From Bdellovibrionota bacterium (GTDB lineage Bacteria; Bdellovibrionota_C; UBA2361), in assembly GCA_044352465.1 (NCBI GenBank), contig JBILDU010000024.1, positions 1-34,988 on the forward strand: a stretch of 34,988 nt of DNA. The letters are read 5' to 3'. The notes below the pieces were generated by a model, which was not told the DNA's origin, did not search any database, and saw only the letters and a program-made list of their open reading frames with translations. Of this stretch, positions 18,884 through 27,960 are shown in pieces. The first letter of the stretch is position 1; each line of letters begins with the position of its first letter. The position numbers and the translations under genes were made by a program.

Positions 18884-19947
18884 GTGGTCGTCAGCGGAGT
18901 TTCGTGGGTTCGTTTGGGCACATGTCGTATCGGCAGAAATTAATCAGGCTCTTTACGTTTCTGGGGGGGGTGTATTTTTTCCTCCAATTCGTTCTGCCCG
19001 CCACACTTTTCGGGGTTCGACTCGATGCCTATGATCGGGAGATCTCGGATGGGTTTGTGGCTATCGGAGCGATGGCCGTGGGGCTGGGTTTAATCAATTT
19101 GCTCCATGTCCATGGGGGCAAGATCGTTTTCCGGCGGGCCGGCTGGTTTAATAGCTGCGGTCTCATGCTGGGGTTGTGCGTCATGCTTGTGGTCACGGCG
19201 TTGGATTGGCGCGCCTCGGCGAGGATGACGACCGATGTGGAAAAGATTTCGCACCTCCGTGATTTCGCAGAGCGGATTGTATCCGATCAACGCGCGGCTA
19301 CCCCTGGAGTGCGCTCACTCGGGGAGCGGAGTGCGCTCCTCGCGCGGAGCTTTGTTGAGCTCGGGCCCTCACTTGATCCAGCGGGGCTCCGTCCTCCTGG
19401 TCAGAATAACGACCCCGAGAGCTTGTGGTTCCGAACGGTGCGAGAGTATACCGAGCTGCTTCGCGGCGCTCAGATAGAGATTGCGCAGCTCTCCGAGAGT
19501 GCGACAGCGGAGGGAATCCTCTCGCTTATCCCCAAGCTCAGCGCGCTCAGTGCGGTGCGACGGGATCTCCTCCTGCAGGAGTATCGGGGTTCGACGATCC
19601 AGGATACCTACTCGCTTCTCTATGACGGTCTTTTTGTGGCCCTCGGGTCGGCGATGTTTTCGCTCCTGGGATTTTACATCGCTGCCGCTGCATATCGTGC
19701 TTTTCGGGTGCGTAGTGCGGAGTCCGCGTTGATGATGACGGCAGCGCTTTTGGTTATGCTGGGACAGATTCCCTTCGGTATTTGGCTATGGGAGGGCTTT
19801 CCTGAGGTCCGGCTGTGGCTCCTTTCGGTGCCGAGCACCGCGGCTTTTCGCGCGATTAAGATCGGAGCCGCGGTTGCCGGTTTGATACTCGCTTTTCGCG
19901 TGTGGTTCTCTATTGAGTCAGAGAGTTTTTCGCGGGGGAAAAGATGA
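18877..19947 (+). CDS. Multi-pass membrane protein of unknown function with helical soluble insert
   Basis: About 3 N-terminal TMs, a soluble helical segment and about 3-4 C-terminal TMs (SAMFSLLGFYIAAAAYRAFRVRSAESALMM..LGQIP). Confidence 0.85.
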   Translation: MVSGRQRSFVGSFGHMSYRQKLIRLFTFLGGVYFFLQFVLPATLFGVRLDAYDREISDGFVAIGAMAVGLGLINLLHVHGGKIVFRRAGWFNSCGLMLGLCVMLVVTALDWRASARMTTDVEKISHLRDFAERIVSDQRAATPGVRSLGERSALLARSFVELGPSLDPAGLRPPGQNNDPESLWFRTVREYTELLRGAQIEIAQLSESATAEGILSLIPKLSALSAVRRDLLLQEYRGSTIQDTYSLLYDGLFVALGSAMFSLLGFYIAAAAYRAFRVRSAESALMMTAALLVMLGQIPFGIWLWEGFPEVRLWLLSVPSTAAFRAIKIGAAVAGLILAFRVWFSIESESFSRGKR

Positions 19948-20822
19948 GATTCGACATCTCCGCGATCGATCGCCGACTGATCTATCTTTTGGTTTTTCTG
20001 TCCCTCGCCCTCCCCTTGTCGTGGGGGTATCGGGTCACGCCGGCGCGTCTTGAGAGCGCCGAGAAGTTATATGCGGCGGTTGAGTCGATCGAGCGTCAGC
20101 CTGGCCGTATCGCGGTGGTGGCGATGGATTTCGGTCCCAACCTCATCGCCGAAAACGGTGCTCAAACCGAAGTGGTGCTGGAGCATCTTTTCCGACGCCG
20201 CATCCCGGTCGTTTTGTTTTCACTCTATAACCAGGCGGAGCCTTTTCTTACCTCGATTCCCGAGGGGGTGGCTGATCGGCTAGCCGCTGAATTTCCCGGT
20301 GAGCGGTGGACTTACGGAGTTGACTGGGTGAACGTCGGATTTCAGCCAGGCGGATATCTCTTTGTTCAAAGTCTTCCCAAGGCGGATAATTTTATGGCCG
20401 CCCTGGGTAAGGATGTGCGGGGAAATACGATTACGACCCTCCCGATAGCCCAAGGCGTGGGGGGATTTGAGAGCGTGGCGCTCCTGGGACAATTCACCGG
20501 CCTCCTGGGGATGTTCGACTTATACATCCAGTTTTTTCAAACAAAGGAGTATCGCCCGATTTTTACCCACGGTTGTACCTCGATCACGATCCCCGAGGCG
20601 TTCATTTATCTCGATTCGGGGCAGTTAACCGGTCTGCTTGAGGGAATCGCCGGAGCGGCCTGGTACTCCGAGATGCTTCAGCGTGCGCACCCTGGGCGCA
20701 AAGCCGATAGCTCGGGTGCGATTAACACCGGTCTCGGAGTCGCCCACCTTATCATCATTGTTTTCATCCTCCTGGGGAATCTTGGCATGGTGTTTCGGGG
20801 GCGGCGTGAGGAGGGACGGTGA
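19944..20822 (+). CDS. Membrane protein, TM - alpha/beta domain - TM
   Basis: IDRRLIYLLVFLSL N-terminal TM, DFGP..E, YGVDWVNVGF, SGQLTGLLEGIAGAA and a C-terminal TM; ATGA overlap. Confidence 0.85.
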   Translation: MRFDISAIDRRLIYLLVFLSLALPLSWGYRVTPARLESAEKLYAAVESIERQPGRIAVVAMDFGPNLIAENGAQTEVVLEHLFRRRIPVVLFSLYNQAEPFLTSIPEGVADRLAAEFPGERWTYGVDWVNVGFQPGGYLFVQSLPKADNFMAALGKDVRGNTITTLPIAQGVGGFESVALLGQFTGLLGMFDLYIQFFQTKEYRPIFTHGCTSITIPEAFIYLDSGQLTGLLEGIAGAAWYSEMLQRAHPGRKADSSGAINTGLGVAHLIIIVFILLGNLGMVFRGRREEGR

Positions 20823-21529
20823 TGTTGTCAGTTGATCCAGCTGTTCTCACCGTCCTTGTCGGTGGTTTCGCTACCCTGGCGATTTTTAGCTTTCTCGTGA
20901 AAGAGAATCCGTTTTATCGTTTCTTTGAGCATGTATACATCGGTATCGCGGCGGGGTTCGGGGTCATTTTGACCTTCAAAAATTTTTTGTGGCCGCGCAT
21001 CCTCTCTCCCATGGTCGGTCATTCCATCGTCGTCTTCCCCGATGGGACGACGTCGGCACCTTATAACCCTGGATATCTGCTCTATCTCGTCCCGATGGCG
21101 TTTGGATTACTGTATTATTTTATCTATTCAAAGAAGCATGGATGGCTCGCCAAACTGGTCATCGGCTTTTCCCTCGGTATGAGTGGTGGAATCGCTCTGA
21201 AGGGTTTCTACAATGAGATGATGCCTCAGATCGTGGGTAGCTTTAAGCCGCTCGTTGTCGTCGGTCCGGGTGGTATCGATTGGTGGGGAAGTTTCGAGAA
21301 TATCGTCTTTATCTTCACCTTAGTTGCGGTGATGTATTATTTCTTCTTTTCTTTTCGGGGTGAAGGTCGTCTCGCGCGCGGGCTCTCCGCTTCGGGGCGA
21401 TGGCTGATGATGGTCTGTTTTGGGGCCTTTTTCGGCTCAACTGTCATGGCGCGTATGGCGTTACTCGTTGAGCGGGTACAGTTTCTCCTTCACGACTGGT
21501 GGGGAGCGCTGCGGAGTTTGTGGATTTAG
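20819..21529 (+). CDS. Highly hydrophobic multi-pass membrane protein of unknown function
   Basis: About 6 TMs; KENPFYRFFEHVYIG and GRWLMMVCFGAFFGSTVMARM; GAGGAGG SD; overlaps the upstream stop. Confidence 0.85.
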   Translation: MMLSVDPAVLTVLVGGFATLAIFSFLVKENPFYRFFEHVYIGIAAGFGVILTFKNFLWPRILSPMVGHSIVVFPDGTTSAPYNPGYLLYLVPMAFGLLYYFIYSKKHGWLAKLVIGFSLGMSGGIALKGFYNEMMPQIVGSFKPLVVVGPGGIDWWGSFENIVFIFTLVAVMYYFFFSFRGEGRLARGLSASGRWLMMVCFGAFFGSTVMARMALLVERVQFLLHDWWGALRSLWI

Positions 21530-21532
21530 GCA

Positions 21533-23359
21533 ATGAAGACAGATCCGGCCACCCTTCGTACCGTCTTGGTTACCGATTGCGGTTCAACCACTACCAAAGC
21601 GCTGCTGTTCGAGCGGACCGAAATGGGTTGGCGCCAAACGTGTCGCGGGGAAGCTCCGACGACCGTTGAGTCACCCGTCGCCGATGTTACCGTCGGCGCC
21701 CTGAATGCTTTTACCGAGGTGCAGGAGCTCTCGGGGCGAACGATTTTATCGGGTGATGCGGGGGCACCGTTCTTGATGACGGCGGCGGAGCCGCGGGAAG
21801 GGATCGACCTCTATCTTTCGACGAGTTCAGCCGGAGGGGGACTCCAGATGCTCGTGGCGGGTGTGGTGAAAGAGATGACCACCGAATCTGCAGAGCGGGC
21901 TGCTTTAGGGGCAGGGGCGATCGTCATGGATGCGATCTCTGCCGATGATGGTCGAGAGGACTACGAGCGAATTGAACGGATACGCCATCTTCGGCCGGAC
22001 ATCGTGCTTCTCACCGGCGGAGTCGACGGTGGGTCGCGTACCCATGTCGTCGAGGTCGCCGAGATGCTCCTTGCGGCCTCTCCGCGCCCCCGTTTCGGCG
22101 AGACATTGAAGCTGCCGATTATCTATGCTGGCAATTGCGATGCGGTCGACGAGGTTCGGGAGATACTCGAGCGATTTGCCCAGCTTTCCGTCGTGGCGAA
22201 CGTGAGGCCAACTCTTGAAGCCGAGAATCTCGCTCCGGCGCGGGAGGCGATCCATGAGTTCTTTCTCACTCACGTCATGAGCCACTCCCCGGGGTACGGC
22301 ACCCTCTTGGGATGGTCCCCCGTACCGGTCATGCCGACGCCCGCAGCGGTTGGGTTGATGGTCGAGCGGTTCGCCGCGCGTCAGCGTAAAAATGTACTGT
22401 GTGTTGATATCGGCGGTGCAACGACCGACGTGTTTAGCGTCTTTCGCGACCGCTCTGGCACCCCGATATTTAATCGCACCGTGAGTGCCAACTTGGGGAT
22501 GAGCTATTCGGTAGCAAACGTGCTTATCGAGGCCGGTGTTCCCGCGATTCGGCGTTGGCTCGCTGAGCCGATTGAAGATAGTGAGCTACGTGACCGTCTT
22601 CGCAATAAGATGATTCGGCCGACCTCAATCCCTCAGACCTTGCCGGATTTGCGCCTGGAGCAGGCTGTCTGTCGCGAGGCGCTGCGTCTGTCCCTGGAGC
22701 ATCACCGCTCTCTTGCCGTGGGATTGAGCGGCATGCAGCGGCGTCGGGGTATCGCCGATATCTTTAATCAAGAGGGCTCCCGTTACGAATTGGTTAATAT
22801 GATGGCGCTCGACGTTGTGATCGGCTCCGGAGGAGTCATAAGTCATGCGCCGGATCGCATGAGCGCCGCACTGATGATGCTCGACGGATTTGAGCTCTGT
22901 GGGGTGACCCAGCTCACCGTTGATTCGATTTTCATGTTGCCCCATCTCGGTGTTTTTTCGGCGGTCCATCCCGAAGCAGCGGATGAGATTTTCCAGCACG
23001 ATTGTATCGTCAATGTCGCCCATGCGATCGCCCCCGTTTTCTCCCGGCGGGTGCGAATCCCGAGTGAGCTCGCGACCGTGACTTTTCGGGGGGCCGTGGT
23101 CGGTCGAGTCCTCAAAGATCGTGTCACGGTCATTCGTGATATCGCGGGGCAGCGGGGGGATCTGCGGATCGAGCCGTTGCACACCGCTATCGATGTCGGT
23201 GCAGGTCCGGGGCTTGCTTGGGAGCGCGAGGTCGAGGTTGGTCAATGTGGTGTTATTCTTGACGGGCGTAACCGTCCGCTCATCATGGCCGAGGATCCGG
23301 CAACGCAAGCCCGACAACAACGCGACATTGAGCAACAGCTCGGCCTTTCGGAGGGATAG
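21533..23359 (+). CDS. GlmL/MutL (glutamate-mutase-reactivase-like) actin/ASKHA-fold ATPase
   Basis: Phosphate-1 VTDCGSTTTK, SSAGGGL, LLTGGVDGG, YAGN, MPTP, phosphate-2 VDIGGATTDV, RTVSANLGMSYS and adenosine motif IGSGGV. Confidence 0.85.
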   Translation: MKTDPATLRTVLVTDCGSTTTKALLFERTEMGWRQTCRGEAPTTVESPVADVTVGALNAFTEVQELSGRTILSGDAGAPFLMTAAEPREGIDLYLSTSSAGGGLQMLVAGVVKEMTTESAERAALGAGAIVMDAISADDGREDYERIERIRHLRPDIVLLTGGVDGGSRTHVVEVAEMLLAASPRPRFGETLKLPIIYAGNCDAVDEVREILERFAQLSVVANVRPTLEAENLAPAREAIHEFFLTHVMSHSPGYGTLLGWSPVPVMPTPAAVGLMVERFAARQRKNVLCVDIGGATTDVFSVFRDRSGTPIFNRTVSANLGMSYSVANVLIEAGVPAIRRWLAEPIEDSELRDRLRNKMIRPTSIPQTLPDLRLEQAVCREALRLSLEHHRSLAVGLSGMQRRRGIADIFNQEGSRYELVNMMALDVVIGSGGVISHAPDRMSAALMMLDGFELCGVTQLTVDSIFMLPHLGVFSAVHPEAADEIFQHDCIVNVAHAIAPVFSRRVRIPSELATVTFRGAVVGRVLKDRVTVIRDIAGQRGDLRIEPLHTAIDVGAGPGLAWEREVEVGQCGVILDGRNRPLIMAEDPATQARQQRDIEQQLGLSEG

Positions 23360-23367
23360 CGGCGATT

Positions 23368-24489
23368 ATGGGACAGCTTTTTTCTCCGGGATTACAAGCA
23401 AAGCGTATTGCGACTATCCGTAAGGTCCGCGAACTCTCCATTCCAGGCACGGTGACGGTCGGCGTCGGCGATCGGGTGAGGGCTGGTGATATTGTGGCGT
23501 ATGCTGACCAGGCCGGAGAGGTCCTCATGCTTCGAGTCCCGGAGAAGCTGGGAATTGATCCGAGTGAGGTCGAGCGGGGACTGCGGGTTTCTGTCGGGCA
23601 GTCAATCGCCGCAGGGCAGGTCGTGTGTGAGCATGCGGGGCTTTTCGGACTTTTTCGATCAACTTTTATCGCGCCGGCAGATGGAGTTGTTGATTTCGTC
23701 ACGGCACGCACGGGTCACATTGGATTGCGTTTGCCCTCGAAGCGGCTTGAGTTGAACGCCTATATCGACGGCACCGTCGTCGATGTCGTTCCTGGTAAAG
23801 GAGTTACTCTCGAGACGCGCGGTGCGATTATTCAGGGCATCTTTGGAGTCGGCGGGGAGCGGGTAGGCACCTTAGCGGCTCTTCCGATTCCGCCGCATGA
23901 GCTGATCTCCGAAGAGCACGTGGCGGGTCTTGCGCCTGGAACGATCGTTATTGGTGGCACTTGTCCGAGCGGTGCGGCGTTACGTGCTGCAGCGGCGCGC
24001 GGAGTCGTTGGAATGATCGTTGGATCGATCGATGACCGCGCCCTGGCAGAGTATCTCGGCTACGATCTCGGGATCGCGCTCACCGGAGACGAAGCGGTGT
24101 CGATGAGTGTGATTGTTACCGAAGGATTTGGAACCATGCCGATGGCGGAGCGCACCCGGAGCCTTTTAACCGAGTTTGCCGGTCGACGGGCCTCGATCAA
24201 TGGAGCCACCCAGGTTCGCGCCGGAGCGCTCCGACCGGAGATCCTCGTTCCGCACGGCGAGGGGGGCGACGAGGATGTCGATGCTACATTGCGTGGCTTA
24301 GTCGTCGGTGCCCCGATTCGACTCATTCGAGTGCCGTATTTTGGTCTCCGGGGTACCGTGGTTGAGCTGCCCCGGGAAGCTGCCCGAATAGACACCGGCG
24401 CCTTCGCGCGCGTTCTTGTCGCCCAGCTCCAAGATGGGCGTCGGGTGGTGGTCCCTCGCGCCAATGTCGAGATAGCACCGGAAAACTGA
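23368..24489 (+). CDS. Hypothetical protein with barrel-sandwich-hybrid (biotinyl/lipoyl-like) motifs, alpha/beta core and C-terminal KOW-like domain
   Basis: VGVGDRVRAGDIVA and VSVGQSIAAGQVV..APADGVV hybrid motifs; QGIFGVGGE and VTEGFG; C-terminal VGAPIRLIRVPYFGLRGTV..VPRANVE. Confidence 0.8.
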   Translation: MGQLFSPGLQAKRIATIRKVRELSIPGTVTVGVGDRVRAGDIVAYADQAGEVLMLRVPEKLGIDPSEVERGLRVSVGQSIAAGQVVCEHAGLFGLFRSTFIAPADGVVDFVTARTGHIGLRLPSKRLELNAYIDGTVVDVVPGKGVTLETRGAIIQGIFGVGGERVGTLAALPIPPHELISEEHVAGLAPGTIVIGGTCPSGAALRAAAARGVVGMIVGSIDDRALAEYLGYDLGIALTGDEAVSMSVIVTEGFGTMPMAERTRSLLTEFAGRRASINGATQVRAGALRPEILVPHGEGGDEDVDATLRGLVVGAPIRLIRVPYFGLRGTVVELPREAARIDTGAFARVLVAQLQDGRRVVVPRANVEIAPEN

Positions 24490-24513
24490 CGAAAAACAGC
24501 CGTCATCCCCTGG

Positions 24514-24542
24514 TTGAAGTTTCCCCTTTTCCTCGATATCCT
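24514..24542 (+). promoter_or_regulatory. Candidate sigma70 promoter for thrS
   Basis: TTGAAG-N17-TATCCT in the intergenic region. Confidence 0.45.
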
Positions 24543-24669
24543 GGTGCCTTAACGGGCCGAATTTACCAAAAATTTCGCCTGGTCGCCCCTTTTCGAGACC
24601 CTCTCGAGGGGCGCGCAGATAAAACTCAGATTGAAGAGCCCAGCAGCAAGCGGCTCCAGTGGGACCGAC

Positions 24670-26463
24670 ATGAAACAAGAAGCCGATAATCTCTACAAGA
24701 TACGTCACTCCCTCGCTCACGTGCTCGCTCAAGCGGTGCTTGAGCTTCGGCCCGGTTCGAAACTCGCCTTCGGTCCTCCGATCGATAACGGGTGTTACTA
24801 CGATTTCATGTTTGAAACGCCGCTGACGAGCGATGATTTCGCCGATATCGAGAAAAGGATGCGGCGTATTATTGGTGAGCGGCAGGAGTTCGTCGCGTCG
24901 AAGCGTTCGGCCGAAGAGGCGCTCCAGTTCTTGAAGGTCAGTGGCCAGAATTTTAAGTACGAGTACTGCGCTGAGCTCGTCTCTCAAGGTGAGGCTGAGA
25001 TCGGCTTCTACACCAACGGCTCGTTCGAGGATATGTGCGCGGGGCCACACCTCGCGCACACGGGGCAGATTCCCCCCGACTGTTTTGCGATCGATTCACT
25101 CGCAGGGGCGTATTGGCGTGGAAGCGAGAAGAATCCCCAGTTAACCCGGATCTATTGCCTTGCCTTCAATAATAAATTTGAGCTCAAGGAGTTTATCGAG
25201 AAACGGAAGCTCGCGCAGGAGCGGGATCATCGAAAGCTTGGCAAAGAGCTTGAGCTCTTCATGATCTCAGACCAGGTCGGCCCCGGGTTGGCTTTGTGGA
25301 TGCCGAACGGGACCGTGGTACGCGAGGCGCTCGAAAACTTTGCGAAGGAAACCGAAGCGCGCCACGGCTATGTCCGGGTCGTCACTCCCCACATCGCCAA
25401 GGAGGACCTCTACGTCACGTCGGGGCATCTCCCGTACTATAAAGATGGACTCTTTCCACCGATGGAGATTGAGGGGGAGTCGAACTACTACCTCAAGGCG
25501 ATGAATTGTCCCCATCACCACATTATTTTCGGACACCGACCACGGAGTTATCGCGAGCTGCCACTGCGGATGGCGGAGTACGGCACGGTCTATCGTTTCG
25601 AGCCTTCGGGCACCTTGGCTGGTCTTTTGAGAGTTCGCTCGATCGCGCAAAACGATGCCCATATCTACTGCACTCTTGAGCAGTTGAAGGCGGAGCTCAT
25701 CGATACCTTCAATATGACCCTTGAGTACTATAAGAAGTTTCGCTTCCAAAATATCAAGGTTCGCTTTTCGACCCATGATCCGCGGAATAAGGAGAAGTTT
25801 GTTGATAATCCCGAATTGTGGGAGTTCTCCGAGAAGATAGTCCGTGACGTCATTGACCAAGTTGGTATTGAGCATTTTTTGGGTGAGGGTGAGGCCGCTT
25901 TTTACGGGCCGAAGATCGACTTTCAGGCGACGACATTGCTTGGTCGGGAGGAGTCGATTAGTACGACCCAGCTCGACTTTGCCCAGCCACTTCGATTTAA
26001 CCTGAGCTACGTCGGTGAGGATGGGCGGGAGCACCGGCCGTACGTCGTGCATCGGGCACCGTTAGGTTCGCATGAGCGCTTCTTGGCTTTTCTCATCGAG
26101 CATTTCGGTGGGGCATTTCCGACATGGATGGCGCCGGTTCAGGCGTTGGTAATACCGGTCGCGGAGACGTTCGAAGGCTATGCGAATGAAATCGCCGCGA
26201 CGCTACGCCAAGATCTCTTCCGCGTTGAGGTCGATGCCTCGAGTAATTCTTTTAACAAGCGGATCCGCGAGGGGGTCGTACGTAAGATCCCGAATATCGT
26301 CGTCGTGGGAGGGCGTGAAGCGGAGCAACGTACGATCACCCTGCGCCGTTATTGCGTCAAAGAGCAGGAGTCCTTACCGCTCGATCGGTTTATCGGTCGG
26401 ATGAAGCGTTTAGTCGCGGAGCGGGTGATGGATAATTTCCCTGACGTGATCCTCGGCGATTAG
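24670..26463 (+). CDS. thrS: Threonine--tRNA ligase, short form lacking the N-terminal TGS domain
   Basis: Editing domain RHSLAH and DMCAGPH, RDHRKLGKEL, Zn ligands MNCPHH/NDAH/HRA, GEAAFYGPKID and anticodon domain. ATG 24670 preferred over TTG 24631. Confidence 0.97.
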   Translation: MKQEADNLYKIRHSLAHVLAQAVLELRPGSKLAFGPPIDNGCYYDFMFETPLTSDDFADIEKRMRRIIGERQEFVASKRSAEEALQFLKVSGQNFKYEYCAELVSQGEAEIGFYTNGSFEDMCAGPHLAHTGQIPPDCFAIDSLAGAYWRGSEKNPQLTRIYCLAFNNKFELKEFIEKRKLAQERDHRKLGKELELFMISDQVGPGLALWMPNGTVVREALENFAKETEARHGYVRVVTPHIAKEDLYVTSGHLPYYKDGLFPPMEIEGESNYYLKAMNCPHHHIIFGHRPRSYRELPLRMAEYGTVYRFEPSGTLAGLLRVRSIAQNDAHIYCTLEQLKAELIDTFNMTLEYYKKFRFQNIKVRFSTHDPRNKEKFVDNPELWEFSEKIVRDVIDQVGIEHFLGEGEAAFYGPKIDFQATTLLGREESISTTQLDFAQPLRFNLSYVGEDGREHRPYVVHRAPLGSHERFLAFLIEHFGGAFPTWMAPVQALVIPVAETFEGYANEIAATLRQDLFRVEVDASSNSFNKRIREGVVRKIPNIVVVGGREAEQRTITLRRYCVKEQESLPLDRFIGRMKRLVAERVMDNFPDVILGD

Positions 26464-26534
26464 TACTGAGGCCCGCGGGGTAATCAGTATCCAAGGGATT
26501 CGCACCTAGGGAGGCCCCACGCCGGGCCTTGGAT

Positions 26535-27437
26535 TTAGCGGTTCCAAGCTGCCTCATTCTGCGTGGGCTCGGGGCCCGCTATTTGACGAAGGATCTCCTC
26601 AAGGTGTTCGACAACCAGGAGATGCCCCTCTCCGGGGAACTGGTGATAGCGCGCTGCCGGAATATGCTCGGCGAGATAGCTTCCCATCGCCGGAGGTACG
26701 TAGGTATCGGCGAGACCATGCCAGACCGTGACCGGTACTTTGATGCCGTCGAGTGGAAACCCCCATGGTCGAGCGATGATCTCAAAGTCAGCGCTGGGTC
26801 CTGTCGGGCCGTGCTCGAAAGCGGTGCGGATATTTTGAAGCATGACATCGCGGACCAGCGGTCGATCCAGAATCTTGCGATCGCACGGTGGCACGAACGC
26901 GCGGAACCAGCTGAGACAGAGACGCGGGGAGGCGTGCCACGCCGCTCCGATGCTCCGCACTAACCTCTGCCCGATTCGGGGATTCCGGCGCATCAGCGCA
27001 AACATAGCCCGGTTTCCAAAGGCCATGCCCGCGGTCACTCCAGGAAACTCGGTCGAGGCAAGGCCGCTGACGACATGGACTGAGGCGATAAGATCGGGCA
27101 GCGCATAGGCGCAGGCGAGTGCGTACGGACACCCCCCGGAAACCCCGATAACCGTCGGGTGAGAGATCGCGAGGGCGGCGCACAGTTTGGAGACGTCGTT
27201 GGGCCAATCGAGAAGCTGTCGACCGGTATACCCCGCGGAGGATCCGAATCCGGGACGGTCGGGGGCGAGGACGGTAAGACCCGCCCGCCGCGCGGCTTCA
27301 TCCCAGAGGACTCCCTCTTCCCGCGAACCGGGGAACCCGTGGAGGTAGATTATCCATCGCTCTCGCGCTGGTGAGCCGTAGAGCGAGTAGGCGAGGTGAC
27401 GTTGAGACGAGAGGGTAAATATGTAGGGAGTTGCCAT
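26535..27437 (-). CDS. Alpha/beta-fold hydrolase
   Basis: HGFPGS oxyanion motif, PDRPGFGSS, nucleophile elbow GVSGG, WHGLAD acid and EGH His. Confidence 0.92.
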   Translation of the reverse strand: MATPYIFTLSSQRHLAYSLYGSPARERWIIYLHGFPGSREEGVLWDEAARRAGLTVLAPDRPGFGSSAGYTGRQLLDWPNDVSKLCAALAISHPTVIGVSGGCPYALACAYALPDLIASVHVVSGLASTEFPGVTAGMAFGNRAMFALMRRNPRIGQRLVRSIGAAWHASPRLCLSWFRAFVPPCDRKILDRPLVRDVMLQNIRTAFEHGPTGPSADFEIIARPWGFPLDGIKVPVTVWHGLADTYVPPAMGSYLAEHIPAARYHQFPGEGHLLVVEHLEEILRQIAGPEPTQNEAAWNR

Positions 27438-27488
27438 GAGTGAACAAGAGCGATGTCAGAGTTTTAAAGAACTCTTTGAACGCTCATG

Positions 27489-27842
27489 TTAGCTCTTTTT
27501 CTTCTTTTTTTGCTTCTCTTTTTCCTTCTGTTTTTTCTTGCGTTCCTTTTCGATCAGCTTCTTCTTTTTGGCCTCTTCTTTCTCTTTCTTCTTTTTGGCT
27601 CGGTCGAGTTCGATCTGACGCCGTTTGAGCTCCCGTTCATACTCTTTACCCGCGCGCGAATGGGGCGAGAGCGTCGGCTGCGGGGCGATGAATTGATTGC
27701 GGTACTGCATCGGGACTTGATCGATATTATCGACAAAGTAGATATTCCCCGCCTCGTCGACGTAGTTCAGTCCCTGGGCAGAGATTATTCCGGGGATAAG
27801 TAAAAGAACTACGAGAGCAAAGCTGGTACGAAAGCGGCGCAT
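27489..27842 (-). CDS. Exported DUF4124-like protein with Lys/Glu-rich tail
   Basis: GGAGAG SD before ATG 27842; signal peptide; YVDEAGNIYFVDNIDQVP motif; low-complexity K-rich C-terminus. Confidence 0.75.
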   Translation of the reverse strand: MRRFRTSFALVVLLLIPGIISAQGLNYVDEAGNIYFVDNIDQVPMQYRNQFIAPQPTLSPHSRAGKEYERELKRRQIELDRAKKKKEKEEAKKKKLIEKERKKKQKEKEKQKKKKKS

Positions 27843-27960
27843 GGGGAGTCTCTCTCCAAAACGATGCACGGAGGGGCAACAAACCGCTCCGCTTGATTAC
27901 CACTGTTATGCTCGTTCGGCCGGACGGTGTGCCGCCTGACGCAGCCTCTCGACGAGTTGG

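Noticed and set aside
21533..23359. DNA mismatch-repair MutL
   Set aside because: Name collision only: the motifs are ASKHA/actin-type, not GHKL.
24584..24613. E. coli-type tRNA-Thr anticodon-mimic operator or T-box
   Set aside because: The loop is CCC, not an NGU anticodon loop; no T-box sequence or terminator is visible in the short leader.
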